The notes under the pieces: generated by a model
Database searches by the model: none
Seen by the model: only the letters and a program-made list of their open reading frames with translations
What the model was told of the DNA's origin: nothing
Shown: positions 9,541-19,014 of the stretch, one piece after another
How positions within the stretch are numbered: the first letter of the stretch is position 1
Layout: the number at the start of each line of letters is the position of its first letter
Made by a program: the position numbers and the translations under genes
Source: a virus
Lineage: Duplodnaviria > Heunggongvirae > Uroviricota > Caudoviricetes
Length of the DNA stretch: 64,000 nucleotides
Strand: one strand, 5' to 3'
IMG/VR virus record: IMGVR_UViG_3300031760_000008
Coordinates: 76,337 to 140,336 of that record

Positions 9541-11151
9541 CTAAATCTCTTCGATTGTTATAAATTCTGATTGAATTCTTGCATATTTATCTACAACAAA
9601 ATCAGGTGAGCCATCTCCTATATATAGATATCTGTCATTGAAACTACCACTACACTCAGCATACCATGGTATATCTTCAAATGATGCATCATCTATTGCT
9701 TCTAAATATTCAATAAATCTTGAAAGTTTCATAACACGAGATTCTTCAGGATCCCACTTCCATTCGCTTGTAGGTACAATAGTTTGTAATTCATGGTAGC
9801 TACCATGAACATCGAGAAAAGATAGAATAGATCCTGTTGTAGATACTTCAAGAGCTAACCATGCACCTCTATCTTCAGGATAATAGCCACTAAAAAATGA
9901 AGCTAATATAATAGTAGGGGCGCCAGAGCTATTATTTATAAACACCTTTTTATCTCCATTATATCGTAAATAATCATTTAAAGCATTAATAATAACTTGT
10001 TTATTTATAGTTATCAATGATCCAGCTCTAATATAAAGATGAGGAATTATATGATCATTAAATCTAATATATTGTAATGGAGTAATAATGTATTTATAAG
10101 TTTGATCAGAAAATATTATTTTTAAATTTTGATTATCAGGATTAATTGTGAATGTAGTATATTGATCATATAATAAATCACTTAATGGAATATCTATTAC
10201 TCCATATCCTCTAAATATTTGTACTAATTGATCTACTGTTATATTAGAACCAGGACAAGACATATCTTGAATTACATAACTTCCGATTATTGTTAAATCA
10301 TCATAAGACTCAGCTAAAGTTGCTATAGTTACTCTAAATTGATCTGTATTATATTCAAAATAAACCGTAGTATTATTTCCTTGAGCTAATATTATAGTTG
10401 GAGAATTTGCACTTTGTATATGATGAATATATTTATTTGAAAAAGAAGCATAATTATGTGATTCATAAAAAACATTACCTAGAGCAGTAAAGTCAATTTC
10501 AAGATACATATTACTATATATGTCTTGATGATATCCATCATAATCAACAAATCTCCAACCAGCATCACTTACATATTCTAAATATTTTAGGTTTCTTTGA
10601 TCATTCAATTTATTAAGTACGTATATATCACCATCTGAAGCAGTATTAGGTAATTCTGTTATATCATATATAATGTTAAGATTACCATTACCTTTAAATG
10701 TTCCTGTTACTCCTAAAACTTTAGCATCTTTCTTTATATTTTCAGGTTGTAAATGTATAGCTTCAGCTATCATATCTTGTGGAATATTAGTATACATGTG
10801 AGTATTATCATCTATAACCACACTTTCATTACTACCTTCTCCTGATCTTGAATCTACTTTTATATAATCAATTGATTTTTCAGAAGTCGTCTCACATGAT
10901 ACAAGCTCTAAATTTATATCTTGACCTCTACCTTCATTAATTCGTCCAGTTACTTTAATTCCATTAACATATGCCGTAGTATTTTTTACTAAATCAGTTT
11001 CAGTAGCTGTTGCATCTGATGTATCTATCCCTTCATATGTTCCTGTAACATCAAATATAGTAGTATTTTTCTTTATATTTTCAGGAATGATTTTAGAAGT
11101 TTTTTCAGCTAATATAGAATCAGCTTTTTGTTTTATTGTTTGTTTAGACAT
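9541..11151 (-). CDS. Fibre-family protein (MSKQTIK adaptor) with variable C-terminus
   Basis: Shared adaptor [35 protein letters not shown]; second PENIKKDAKVLGVTGT repeat. Confidence 0.65.
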   Translation of the reverse strand: MSKQTIKQKADSILAEKTSKIIPENIKKNTTIFDVTGTYEGIDTSDATATETDLVKNTTAYVNGIKVTGRINEGRGQDINLELVSCETTSEKSIDYIKVDSRSGEGSNESVVIDDNTHMYTNIPQDMIAEAIHLQPENIKKDAKVLGVTGTFKGNGNLNIIYDITELPNTASDGDIYVLNKLNDQRNLKYLEYVSDAGWRFVDYDGYHQDIYSNMYLEIDFTALGNVFYESHNYASFSNKYIHHIQSANSPTIILAQGNNTTVYFEYNTDQFRVTIATLAESYDDLTIIGSYVIQDMSCPGSNITVDQLVQIFRGYGVIDIPLSDLLYDQYTTFTINPDNQNLKIIFSDQTYKYIITPLQYIRFNDHIIPHLYIRAGSLITINKQVIINALNDYLRYNGDKKVFINNSSGAPTIILASFFSGYYPEDRGAWLALEVSTTGSILSFLDVHGSYHELQTIVPTSEWKWDPEESRVMKLSRFIEYLEAIDDASFEDIPWYAECSGSFNDRYLYIGDGSPDFVVDKYARIQSEFITIEEI

Positions 11152-11168
11152 ATTTAAAACTCCTTTCT
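11144..11168. repeat. 25-bp exact direct repeat, copy 1 (copy 2 at 12156..12180)
   Basis: ttagacatatttaaaactcctttct spans the RBS and start of two fibre paralogs. Confidence 0.85.
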
Positions 11169-11173
11169 TAAAA

Positions 11174-12163
11174 TTATAATACAGTAAATATATTATAATT
11201 TAGTGTATTAATTGTAGCTGATAAATTAGTTCCTTTAATATCCATTGTACTTAAAGGAGATTGGAATTCAAAAGATACTCCTCCTTGTCCTAATGTTACC
11301 GAATATACCTTATAATAATTATTAAAACTAGTTATAAAATCAGCTACCTTCATTGGATATGGATAATCAAAACAGCTATCAGCTTGAACTATATCGCACA
11401 TTTTATACATAATGTTTCCATCAGGAGTACAAACTTGAGCACTTATAATAGTATTATTTATTGAAATTATTATCTGAGCATTATCATAAACGTTAACTTG
11501 ACTACCATTTCTATGTGTATAGGTTCCTTTTGCTACAACTACTGCAGGAACATATCCAGACCCTTCTTCAGTATTTAAATATTTTTGTTTATCAGTAGAT
11601 GAAAGTTGAGCATCCATAGCAGCAGCTAGTTGTCGTAAACTTATAGCAACTCCATCATCTGGATATAATGTTATAGAATGTTGACCTTCTCCTTCATAAG
11701 TTCCAGTTACACCTAAAATCTTTGTGTTCTTCTTAATAAGTCCTGGTTGTAAATTAATTGCAGATGTAATTTTACTATAAGGAAGCTCTCCACGCATTCT
11801 TGTAGAATTATCTATAACTATATTTTCAGGATCACTACCATTATCTTCTTTTTTAGATTCATATCTAAGCATATTTAAATAAGATTCATCTGTTATAGTT
11901 AATTGATCTTTATCAGTTTGTATTACTTTGGAAGCTCCTCTAAAATCAGCTAAATCTCCTGTTATTTTAACTCCATTAACATATGCTGTAGCAGGTTTTA
12001 TTATATCAGCAGCTACTGCTGTAGCATCAGAAGTGTCTATTCCTTCATAAGAACCTGTAACATCGAATATAGTCACATTTTTCTTAATATTAGGAGCTAT
12101 TATTTTACTTGTTTTTTCTGATAATATAGCTTCTGCTTTTTGTTTTATTGTTGTCTTAGACAT
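11174..12163 (-). CDS. Fibre-family protein (MSKTTIK adaptor) with variable C-terminus
   Basis: Shared adaptor [34 protein letters not shown]. Confidence 0.65.
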   Translation of the reverse strand: MSKTTIKQKAEAILSEKTSKIIAPNIKKNVTIFDVTGSYEGIDTSDATAVAADIIKPATAYVNGVKITGDLADFRGASKVIQTDKDQLTITDESYLNMLRYESKKEDNGSDPENIVIDNSTRMRGELPYSKITSAINLQPGLIKKNTKILGVTGTYEGEGQHSITLYPDDGVAISLRQLAAAMDAQLSSTDKQKYLNTEEGSGYVPAVVVAKGTYTHRNGSQVNVYDNAQIIISINNTIISAQVCTPDGNIMYKMCDIVQADSCFDYPYPMKVADFITSFNNYYKVYSVTLGQGGVSFEFQSPLSTMDIKGTNLSATINTLNYNIFTVL

Positions 12164-12178
12164 ATTTAAAACTCCTTT

Positions 12179-12823
12179 CTATTCAATATCTTTATACCAA
12201 ATTAATCTATCGCGATCTAATAATTTTTGTAATTTTGCTTGATTTTCTTTAGTATATGCTTGTATCATATCAATACCTAACTCATCTAGATAATCTTTAA
12301 AATAAATTGTATTTCTACCTAATTTTTTAGCGTCTCTAGTTGATATAGCATCAATATGTTGTACTAATGTAGGTCTATATATTAAATGAGGAATACCATT
12401 TTCAACCAATACAATATTTAGTAATGAACCATATCTTTGCTCTCTTGGATATTTTATTTCATCTTCATACATCTCCATCATTTTATCAGCTAAAAACTTA
12501 GTTAACCCTCTAGGAAAATATGTACACTGATTATATATAAATATATCAGAAAAATGAGTGGTATAATATCTTGAAGGAGAACTAAAAAAGTTAATTATAT
12601 TATTTGGATATTGTTTAATAACTTTTTCAATTTCTTCCTTAAAATTCTTACATAATACTATATCATCTTCCATTAAAACTGCATTATAATCATTTATATA
12701 GTATAAAGCATCAATATAAGATTTAACATAAAGATGCTTATAATCTATTATTTTTTCATGTTCTATCGGAAGATCATAAGGTCTTCCTTCCATGGTTCTT
12801 ACAAAATATTTTATTTTATCCAT
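12179..12823 (-). CDS. Glycosyltransferase, GT-A fold, GT25-like (copy 3)
   Basis: LMEDDI and PTLVQH motifs; IKYFVRT N-terminus as in the other two copies. Confidence 0.65.
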   Translation of the reverse strand: MDKIKYFVRTMEGRPYDLPIEHEKIIDYKHLYVKSYIDALYYINDYNAVLMEDDIVLCKNFKEEIEKVIKQYPNNIINFFSSPSRYYTTHFSDIFIYNQCTYFPRGLTKFLADKMMEMYEDEIKYPREQRYGSLLNIVLVENGIPHLIYRPTLVQHIDAISTRDAKKLGRNTIYFKDYLDELGIDMIQAYTKENQAKLQKLLDRDRLIWYKDIE

Positions 12824-12880
12824 AAATATTCCTTTATATAATTTTAGATAAGGCTCTATATTTCAAGAGCCTCATATCAT

Positions 12881-15800
12881 TTAGTTTCCTAATATATCAT
12901 CTAATATATCTTCTACTTCCTCTTCAGTTCCACCTAATCCATTATATTCATCATCAGTTCCCATTACTTGATTTAAATCATTAAAAGTATCTATATATTC
13001 TTGAGGATCTGGTGTAGTTCCTCCTTCAGTTTGTTCAGGAATTCCGATTAATTTTAGATTTTCTAATTCTACATCTTTCATGAATGACTCATATAAGGTT
13101 GATTGTGTAGTATCTGAAGTAAAGTTCTTCAATATTTTAGCCATTATTATAACATTCTGATCATTTTCAACTGTTACATATTTTTGTAATGTATATGTTC
13201 CAGTAGGTACATATAAAGTATTTTGAGCATATGTACTTATTTGTGTTTGAAGATCTGCTATTAAATTATTGATAATAGATTGTAATGTTTCAGTTGCTTG
13301 AGCAGTATCATCTAAATTAATTTTTGAAGCATCTAATTGTACATTTTTATTAGCATCTGCTTGAGTATTATTGACTGTATCAACCTTACCAAAACTATTT
13401 TTATCATATACAACTTGATCACCATTAGCATCTGTACCATATACTTTATTTATTTCATCTGTCAAAGTAACTTTTGTATCTACAATTTCTTTAACTTCTC
13501 TTATTGCTGGAGATAATTTTGTACTTGTTAATCCTGAAGTACTTGGATCAAATATTACATTTTCAGGTTGAACTCTAAATTTAATTTTATTATTCCAATC
13601 CTGATCATTTTCCCAAATTGTATCTCCATAATCAGCATTACCAAAAGCTATTTGAATATCTCTATTTTCAAAAGCTAGTTCTAAATCTTTAGTTCCTCCG
13701 CCGCTTTCAGTTCTATAATAATTAACTAATTCAATTGAATTAAAATCAACATAAGTGCTTTTTTGAGAGTGAATTTCTATTCCACTTTGATATATATTTT
13801 TATAATCTGTTGAAGTCGCATCAGTAGCAGCAAACATATGAGCAGCTTTTGATTTATCAAATTTAATACTATTTAAATTATTATCAGCAGCAATTCTAGC
13901 AGTTTCTTCAGCATCTATATTATCTTGTAATGCATCATCAGCTGCAATTCTAGCATTTTCTTCAGCAGTTATATCTGCTGTTATTGAGGTTTCTAAATCA
14001 CTAAATTGTTCTTGAAGATCTTGTTGATCAGTAATATCTCCTTTAATTGTTCCCCATACAGCTTGAGCATGTTTCTTAAATGTCACTGCAACACATGTTT
14101 GTAATGTATCGTTTATAGATTCTACTCTTGCCCATGTTCCTTCTGGATCTGATATAATATCATGAACTTCTACATTCACTTTATCAGTAGGAGTTAATGT
14201 ATTAAGAGGAATTATATTTTCACTTGGTATAGTTGTATTTAATGTTTCAGTTGTTACAAAGTAATTTACATCAGTATCTAGATTTGCTTTTAAATCTATT
14301 ACTCCAGTATCTCGATCTCTAGTTGCAACAATTGTATTATCACTAGAAATTACTTTTAATATTCCATTAGAAGTAGTTTCTGTTGAAGGATCTACACTTG
14401 TAACTCCTAATTTAATAATTTCATTATTTTGTAAAGCTTCTGTTGCAATAGTTCCTACAACTTTATTATTAGTTAAATTCGCAAATGTTTTATTAGCTTT
14501 ATTAGCTTGTAAATCTGTTATAGATTGTAAGTTTCTTGATATATTTTGATTTGCTGTTGTTATATCATCTGCATTTGCTTGCACAAGTTCATCTAAGTTT
14601 GTTAAATGAGTTTCTTGTGTAGCATTTTGAGTTTGTAATCTTCCTATATCATAATTTGCATCTGTCATATCAGCTTGCAAATCTTGAATATCATGTGTAT
14701 TATCAGCTATTTGTTGAGCATGCAATGCAAGTGTAGTATCATGAGATGCATCATGAGTTTGAAGAGTTGTTATATTATCCTCATTTGCTGATATTCTAGT
14801 TTCAGCATTTGTTAATCTTGTATCTTGTTGAGCATTTTTATCATCTATTGTAGTTGAATCAATTACTATATGATCTGCATCTTGAAATCTTGTTTGAATT
14901 TGTCCTTGAGCTTTGAAATGTAAGTGTGATATAGTAGGTGTTTCTGTTGTAGTATTTTTAGTAGTTATTTTTAAAGTAGGTTCATTAGATTCTGTAGCAG
15001 CTACTATTTCTGAAACAAGTCCTGGAGCTATACTCTTATTAATTTTCTTATTATCCATAGCTGTTTCTTTTGTATTTATAGTGTTATTAAGAGTTGCCAC
15101 TTCTTGATCTATTCTTTGATTTGTTACAGATTCTTCTCCATCTATTTTATCATTTAGTGTTTGAATTTCTTGATCTATTCTAGTGTTTATTTCAGATTCT
15201 TTAGTTGTAATAGTTGTATTTAGAGTTTCAACTTCATCATCAATTCTATCATTTATAGTATCTACATGTCTTAACATTGTATTATTTAAAGTATTAACAG
15301 CATTATTTATTTTTGTATTATAATCTATAATAGAATTATCAATTCTTGTTCCTAACGCTGTATCTCTAGTTTTAGATTCTGCTTCAACTCTTTCTACTTC
15401 AGTATTAGTATTTGCAATTTGTTGATTAATTTCTGCTTCTTTAGTATTGATTGTATTATAAATTTCAGATTCTTTAGTATTTATAACTCCATAAATTTCA
15501 GACTCTTTAGTGTTGATCGTATTATTAATTGTAGCTTCTTTTTCATTTATAGTATTATAAATCTCTGATTCTTTAGTATTGATTGTATCTGTAAGATCTT
15601 GTACTTCTTGATCAATTCTAGAATTAATAGTATCTACATTATTTTGTAATTCTTGTTCAGATACAACATCTATTTCTCTTCTTTCTTCAGCAGATGTACC
15701 ATCTTCAAGTGAAAATTTATCTTCAATCATTGTTATATGACCAGTTGTTTCATTATATTCGAATTGAACATCTCTAACTATTCTAGCTCCTTGTCCAGCT

Positions 15801-16750
15801 ACAACTTTATCAACTTTTGCATCTAAAGTTTGTCTTACTGTTCCTTTTGAAGGATCTGAATCTGTATAATTAATATCTGATGCATCTATTTGAACATTTT
15901 TATTAAGATCAGCTTGTTTATGATTTACAGTATCAAGCTTTCTTAAATCATCTTTATTATAAAGATATTGCTCACCATATTCATTAGTTCCATAAACTTT
16001 ATTTTCTCTGGAAGTTTTCTTTACTTTTTCACTATCAAGATCAGCAAGTTCATCAATAGCTGCTTTAACATTATCAGATTCTAATCCTGATGTTAAGTGA
16101 TTATATTTAATATCATTTGCATGTAATGATGCAAGTAATACCCAATGAGCTTTAGTAAATGAACCTTCTGCTACAAATTCTTCTTCTAAGCATCTATATA
16201 ATTTATTATCATAATAGCATATTTCATTAATGTAATATGTTTTACCAGCTTGATAATCATATATATGAGAATAAGATTGAAGATTTAAAGTTCTTATTCC
16301 TTCTTCATCTATTGTATAAACTCCCTGTAAAGAGTTGTCATTAGATTTAATTCTTAAATAAGCTTGTCTTGCTCCTCCAGTTGTTACATCTTTAGTAACA
16401 CGATTAATTAATGCTAAAGATCCAGATTCATCTGTTATAGTAATATTTTCAATTAAACCATTAGCATTTTCAGTGAATATGCTCTTATCTACTTTTTCAT
16501 TAAGAGCATCTTTTAATACTTTACTATCTGATACTTCACCAATTAAATTTTCATAAGTAACTAGATACTCTAATCCAAAATGTTCGTATGGTAAATCAGC
16601 CCAATTAGATTGACCATCTCCACGTTTAACACGATGTGTATCATCTTCAACACCGTATTCACTTAGAGCAAGTATTGGATTATTCATCATCCAGTTTGTA
16701 CTAGTATCATGTCTTAAAATGATAGTGTAATATACTTTTTCTTCGTCCAC
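12881..16750 (-). CDS. Long tail fibre with Mtd_N-like N-terminus and extended coiled coil
   Basis: IILRHDTSTNWMMNNPILALSEYGVEDDTHRVKRGDGQSNWADLPY matches the major-tropism-determinant N-terminal motif; CBM5/12-like YQAGKTYYINEICYYDNKLYRC; 11-aa coiled-coil repeats. Confidence 0.7.
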   Translation of the reverse strand: MDEEKVYYTIILRHDTSTNWMMNNPILALSEYGVEDDTHRVKRGDGQSNWADLPYEHFGLEYLVTYENLIGEVSDSKVLKDALNEKVDKSIFTENANGLIENITITDESGSLALINRVTKDVTTGGARQAYLRIKSNDNSLQGVYTIDEEGIRTLNLQSYSHIYDYQAGKTYYINEICYYDNKLYRCLEEEFVAEGSFTKAHWVLLASLHANDIKYNHLTSGLESDNVKAAIDELADLDSEKVKKTSRENKVYGTNEYGEQYLYNKDDLRKLDTVNHKQADLNKNVQIDASDINYTDSDPSKGTVRQTLDAKVDKVVAGQGARIVRDVQFEYNETTGHITMIEDKFSLEDGTSAEERREIDVVSEQELQNNVDTINSRIDQEVQDLTDTINTKESEIYNTINEKEATINNTINTKESEIYGVINTKESEIYNTINTKEAEINQQIANTNTEVERVEAESKTRDTALGTRIDNSIIDYNTKINNAVNTLNNTMLRHVDTINDRIDDEVETLNTTITTKESEINTRIDQEIQTLNDKIDGEESVTNQRIDQEVATLNNTINTKETAMDNKKINKSIAPGLVSEIVAATESNEPTLKITTKNTTTETPTISHLHFKAQGQIQTRFQDADHIVIDSTTIDDKNAQQDTRLTNAETRISANEDNITTLQTHDASHDTTLALHAQQIADNTHDIQDLQADMTDANYDIGRLQTQNATQETHLTNLDELVQANADDITTANQNISRNLQSITDLQANKANKTFANLTNNKVVGTIATEALQNNEIIKLGVTSVDPSTETTSNGILKVISSDNTIVATRDRDTGVIDLKANLDTDVNYFVTTETLNTTIPSENIIPLNTLTPTDKVNVEVHDIISDPEGTWARVESINDTLQTCVAVTFKKHAQAVWGTIKGDITDQQDLQEQFSDLETSITADITAEENARIAADDALQDNIDAEETARIAADNNLNSIKFDKSKAAHMFAATDATSTDYKNIYQSGIEIHSQKSTYVDFNSIELVNYYRTESGGGTKDLELAFENRDIQIAFGNADYGDTIWENDQDWNNKIKFRVQPENVIFDPSTSGLTSTKLSPAIREVKEIVDTKVTLTDEINKVYGTDANGDQVVYDKNSFGKVDTVNNTQADANKNVQLDASKINLDDTAQATETLQSIINNLIADLQTQISTYAQNTLYVPTGTYTLQKYVTVENDQNVIIMAKILKNFTSDTTQSTLYESFMKDVELENLKLIGIPEQTEGGTTPDPQEYIDTFNDLNQVMGTDDEYNGLGGTEEEVEDILDDILGN
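15428..15586 (-). repeat. Imperfect 33-bp (11-aa TINTKESEIYN) tandem repeat inside the fibre gene
   Basis: TINTKESEIYN/TINEKEATINN/TINTKESEIYG/VINTKESEIYN/TINTKEAEIN in the translation. Confidence 0.8.
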
Positions 16751-16764
16751 TTTCTTATACCTCC

Positions 16765-17307
16765 TTATTCAATATCTAACAAGACTTTTACTTGTTTTGG
16801 ATTATTTGTAAATTTAATAACTTTACCTATTGATCTTGCCATATAAAATTCTTCATCTAGAAAATCTTTTGATTTAGCTTTTCCAGGATGATCACTTAAA
16901 GTTAATTTATCACCTAGATCTACATAACCACAAATATTTACCATTTGTTCTCCCATATAAGCAATTTGTATAATTTCTCTTTTATTAATATCAGAATCTC
17001 CACCTATTATCATTATTGTTTGAGGTTTATCAGAAGTACCAGAATCAATCTCTTCTCTTTTAGAATCTTCATCATAAGCATGACCTCCATCTAAAAATAA
17101 TGGTACTGGATCTGTATTATTAGAATTTACACAAACTCCTATAATTAATCTAGAATTTGCCATTAGTTCATCACAATCATTAGCCTCAGCTCTTTTAACA
17201 TATGAAGTTTCAGGATCTAACATTATGATATCACCAATTTCTATTATTTCAGAAGGAATAGATTTTCTATATGTCATTATATGATTGCATGTACAAGAAT
17301 TTAACAT
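16765..17307 (-). CDS. Tail-fibre-associated protein resembling a Peptidase_G2/IMC-type C-terminal domain
   Basis: IEIGDIIML..IIGVC..IAYMGEQMV..GDKL resembles the C-terminus of 33494..35908 (IEPGDIVCI..IVGIC..VGMVGKIWV..GQIV). Confidence 0.4.
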   Translation of the reverse strand: MLNSCTCNHIMTYRKSIPSEIIEIGDIIMLDPETSYVKRAEANDCDELMANSRLIIGVCVNSNNTDPVPLFLDGGHAYDEDSKREEIDSGTSDKPQTIMIIGGDSDINKREIIQIAYMGEQMVNICGYVDLGDKLTLSDHPGKAKSKDFLDEEFYMARSIGKVIKFTNNPKQVKVLLDIE

Positions 17308-17325
17308 ATTATCTTACCTCCTTTA

Positions 17326-17790
17326 TTAATATTCATTCCATTCTAGTATGTTATTAACTGTATTTATTTGATTTTGAAGACCGGTCTCCATATCATCAAT
17401 ATCCTCTTTAGAATATGAATAATCTTTTTGAACACCTAGCATTTCCCATTTACCTTCACCAGTATCTGGATCTTCTATATATCTCCATTCCTGATAACCA
17501 TCTTCAGGATCATCTGATACCTTAATCAAATAAGATCTTCTAGTACTAATATTTTCAGTAGGTAATTCTTCTACAATTAATGGTTTATTATCACCTACTC
17601 CAGCTTCATCCATTGAATTATGGACTTCTTCAACACGATTCTGCGCTTCTTGCTCTGTATCATATTCTTCTATTACTTTAGAGCCATTTACCATATAAAA
17701 AATGACTATGTTTTTATCATGTTTTCCTACAAAACAATCTTGTAACCAAAACAAATTCAACATAGCCCCATTCTTTAAAAGTATAAACAT
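17326..17790 (-). CDS. Hypothetical protein, paralog of 17879..18067 at its N-terminus
   Basis: FILLKNG...EEYDTEQEAQNRVEEV versus FVELNDG...EHFDTEEDAQARFEDL. Confidence 0.6.
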   Translation of the reverse strand: MFILLKNGAMLNLFWLQDCFVGKHDKNIVIFYMVNGSKVIEEYDTEQEAQNRVEEVHNSMDEAGVGDNKPLIVEELPTENISTRRSYLIKVSDDPEDGYQEWRYIEDPDTGEGKWEMLGVQKDYSYSKEDIDDMETGLQNQINTVNNILEWNEY

Positions 17791-17878
17791 ACTGATCTCT
17801 CACCTCCATCTAACATCTCTGTATCCCAGAGCCCTTGAATTAGATTTTGTTTCCGCTTCTACTAACTCTATTTAATTT

Positions 17879-18067
17879 TTAATCGATTAACTCTTTTTGT
17901 AGATCCTCGAATCTTGCTTGAGCATCTTCTTCTGTATCAAAATGCTCTCTGTATCCATCTAAAGATCCTTTAACTCCATAATAGACTACATCAGATCCAT
18001 CTACTTTAATTTCACTTATATGTCCTAAATTTTGTTTAGTTCCATCATTTAATTCTACGAATAACAT
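17879..18067 (-). CDS. Small hypothetical late protein
   Basis: GGAG RBS and late motif directly upstream. Confidence 0.6.
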   Translation of the reverse strand: MLFVELNDGTKQNLGHISEIKVDGSDVVYYGVKGSLDGYREHFDTEEDAQARFEDLQKELID

Positions 18068-18091
18068 AAATAGATTTCTCCTTTCATTAAT

Positions 18092-18106
18092 CTATTAATA
18101 TTTTAC
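18092..18106 (-). promoter_or_regulatory. Putative late promoter motif
   Basis: GTAAAATATTAATAG upstream of 17879..18067 and the fibre operon. Confidence 0.7.
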
Positions 18107-18117
18107 AGAAACAGAGC

Positions 18118-18156
18118 AATAAAAAAGAACTAGTATATTTCAACTAGTTCTTTTTA
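18118..18156 (-). terminator. Intrinsic terminator after 18169..19014
   Basis: aaaaagaactag/ctagttcttttt. Confidence 0.75.
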
Positions 18157-18168
18157 ATAATTTTTATT

Positions 18169-19014
18169 TTATTTATTTTTAAATCTTGTATGTAATACAT
18201 CTCTAACTCTTTTAACCATTTCTTCATTAGATGCTCCCATATCGTCTAATCCAACTAATGAATCAGCTACATCATAAGCACTATCATCTGTAAATATTCC
18301 ACTTGAATTATCTAAATATCCTTTAATAGCTAATTCAATTATATCATCAGTTACTTCTCCGTTATTTTCTTTGATAGCTTGTTTTAAGAATTTAGGATTT
18401 GTAGGACCATTTACCCATAATTGATAGAAATATTCATAATCTTTTCCAGTAGCTTCAGATAGACCGTTAAATATATATTCTCTATCTGTGCTATCACTAA
18501 TGTTTGCTATTTCATAAATTTCTTCACCTTTTAACATTCTATCATAAATATCTTTAAATGTTAAAGTATCATCCATATCTACTAAGAAATCTTCTTCTTC
18601 TGGATATTCTTGTAATAACCATTCTTTAACATTTTGATCTAATTTAGCTTCTTTTTCTTGTAATTTTTCTACACCTTCTGTTAAATCAGTTCTCATAACT
18701 TCATCTAAATATACTCGCATATCTCCTACCATGAAAAATGGTCTAGCTTCCTCTAAAGGTCCTTCATCATCTTCATAGGCATATTCTATAGTTGATGTTT
18801 GTATATTATCTTTATCATTTGATAAAGCCCATTCTACTTCATCATCAATACCATAGTTAATATCATAAACAAGTACCGAATGAGAATTATCTACTGTATA
18901 TACACCTTTAACTTGTTTTTCTTCTTTAGATTCTTCAATAACTTCATTTTCTGATTCTATGATTTTATTGATTAAAGATTCTTCTAATTTCATTTTTTTA
19001 TACCTCCTATCCAT
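18169..19014 (-). CDS. Acidic multi-domain protein with LxE linkers (putative internal head protein)
   Basis: KLEES, IIESE, VIEES, LTEG and LQEK motifs flanking discrete domains. Confidence 0.5.
   Translation of the reverse strand: MDRRYKKMKLEESLINKIIESENEVIEESKEEKQVKGVYTVDNSHSVLVYDINYGIDDEVEWALSNDKDNIQTSTIEYAYEDDEGPLEEARPFFMVGDMRVYLDEVMRTDLTEGVEKLQEKEAKLDQNVKEWLLQEYPEEEDFLVDMDDTLTFKDIYDRMLKGEEIYEIANISDSTDREYIFNGLSEATGKDYEYFYQLWVNGPTNPKFLKQAIKENNGEVTDDIIELAIKGYLDNSSGIFTDDSAYDVADSLVGLDDMGASNEEMVKRVRDVLHTRFKNK

Noticed and set aside
12881-16750. Diversity-generating retroelement suggested by the Mtd_N-like domain
   Set aside because: No reverse transcriptase and no TR/VR pair differing only at adenines seen in the window; Mtd_N is a common fibre anchor
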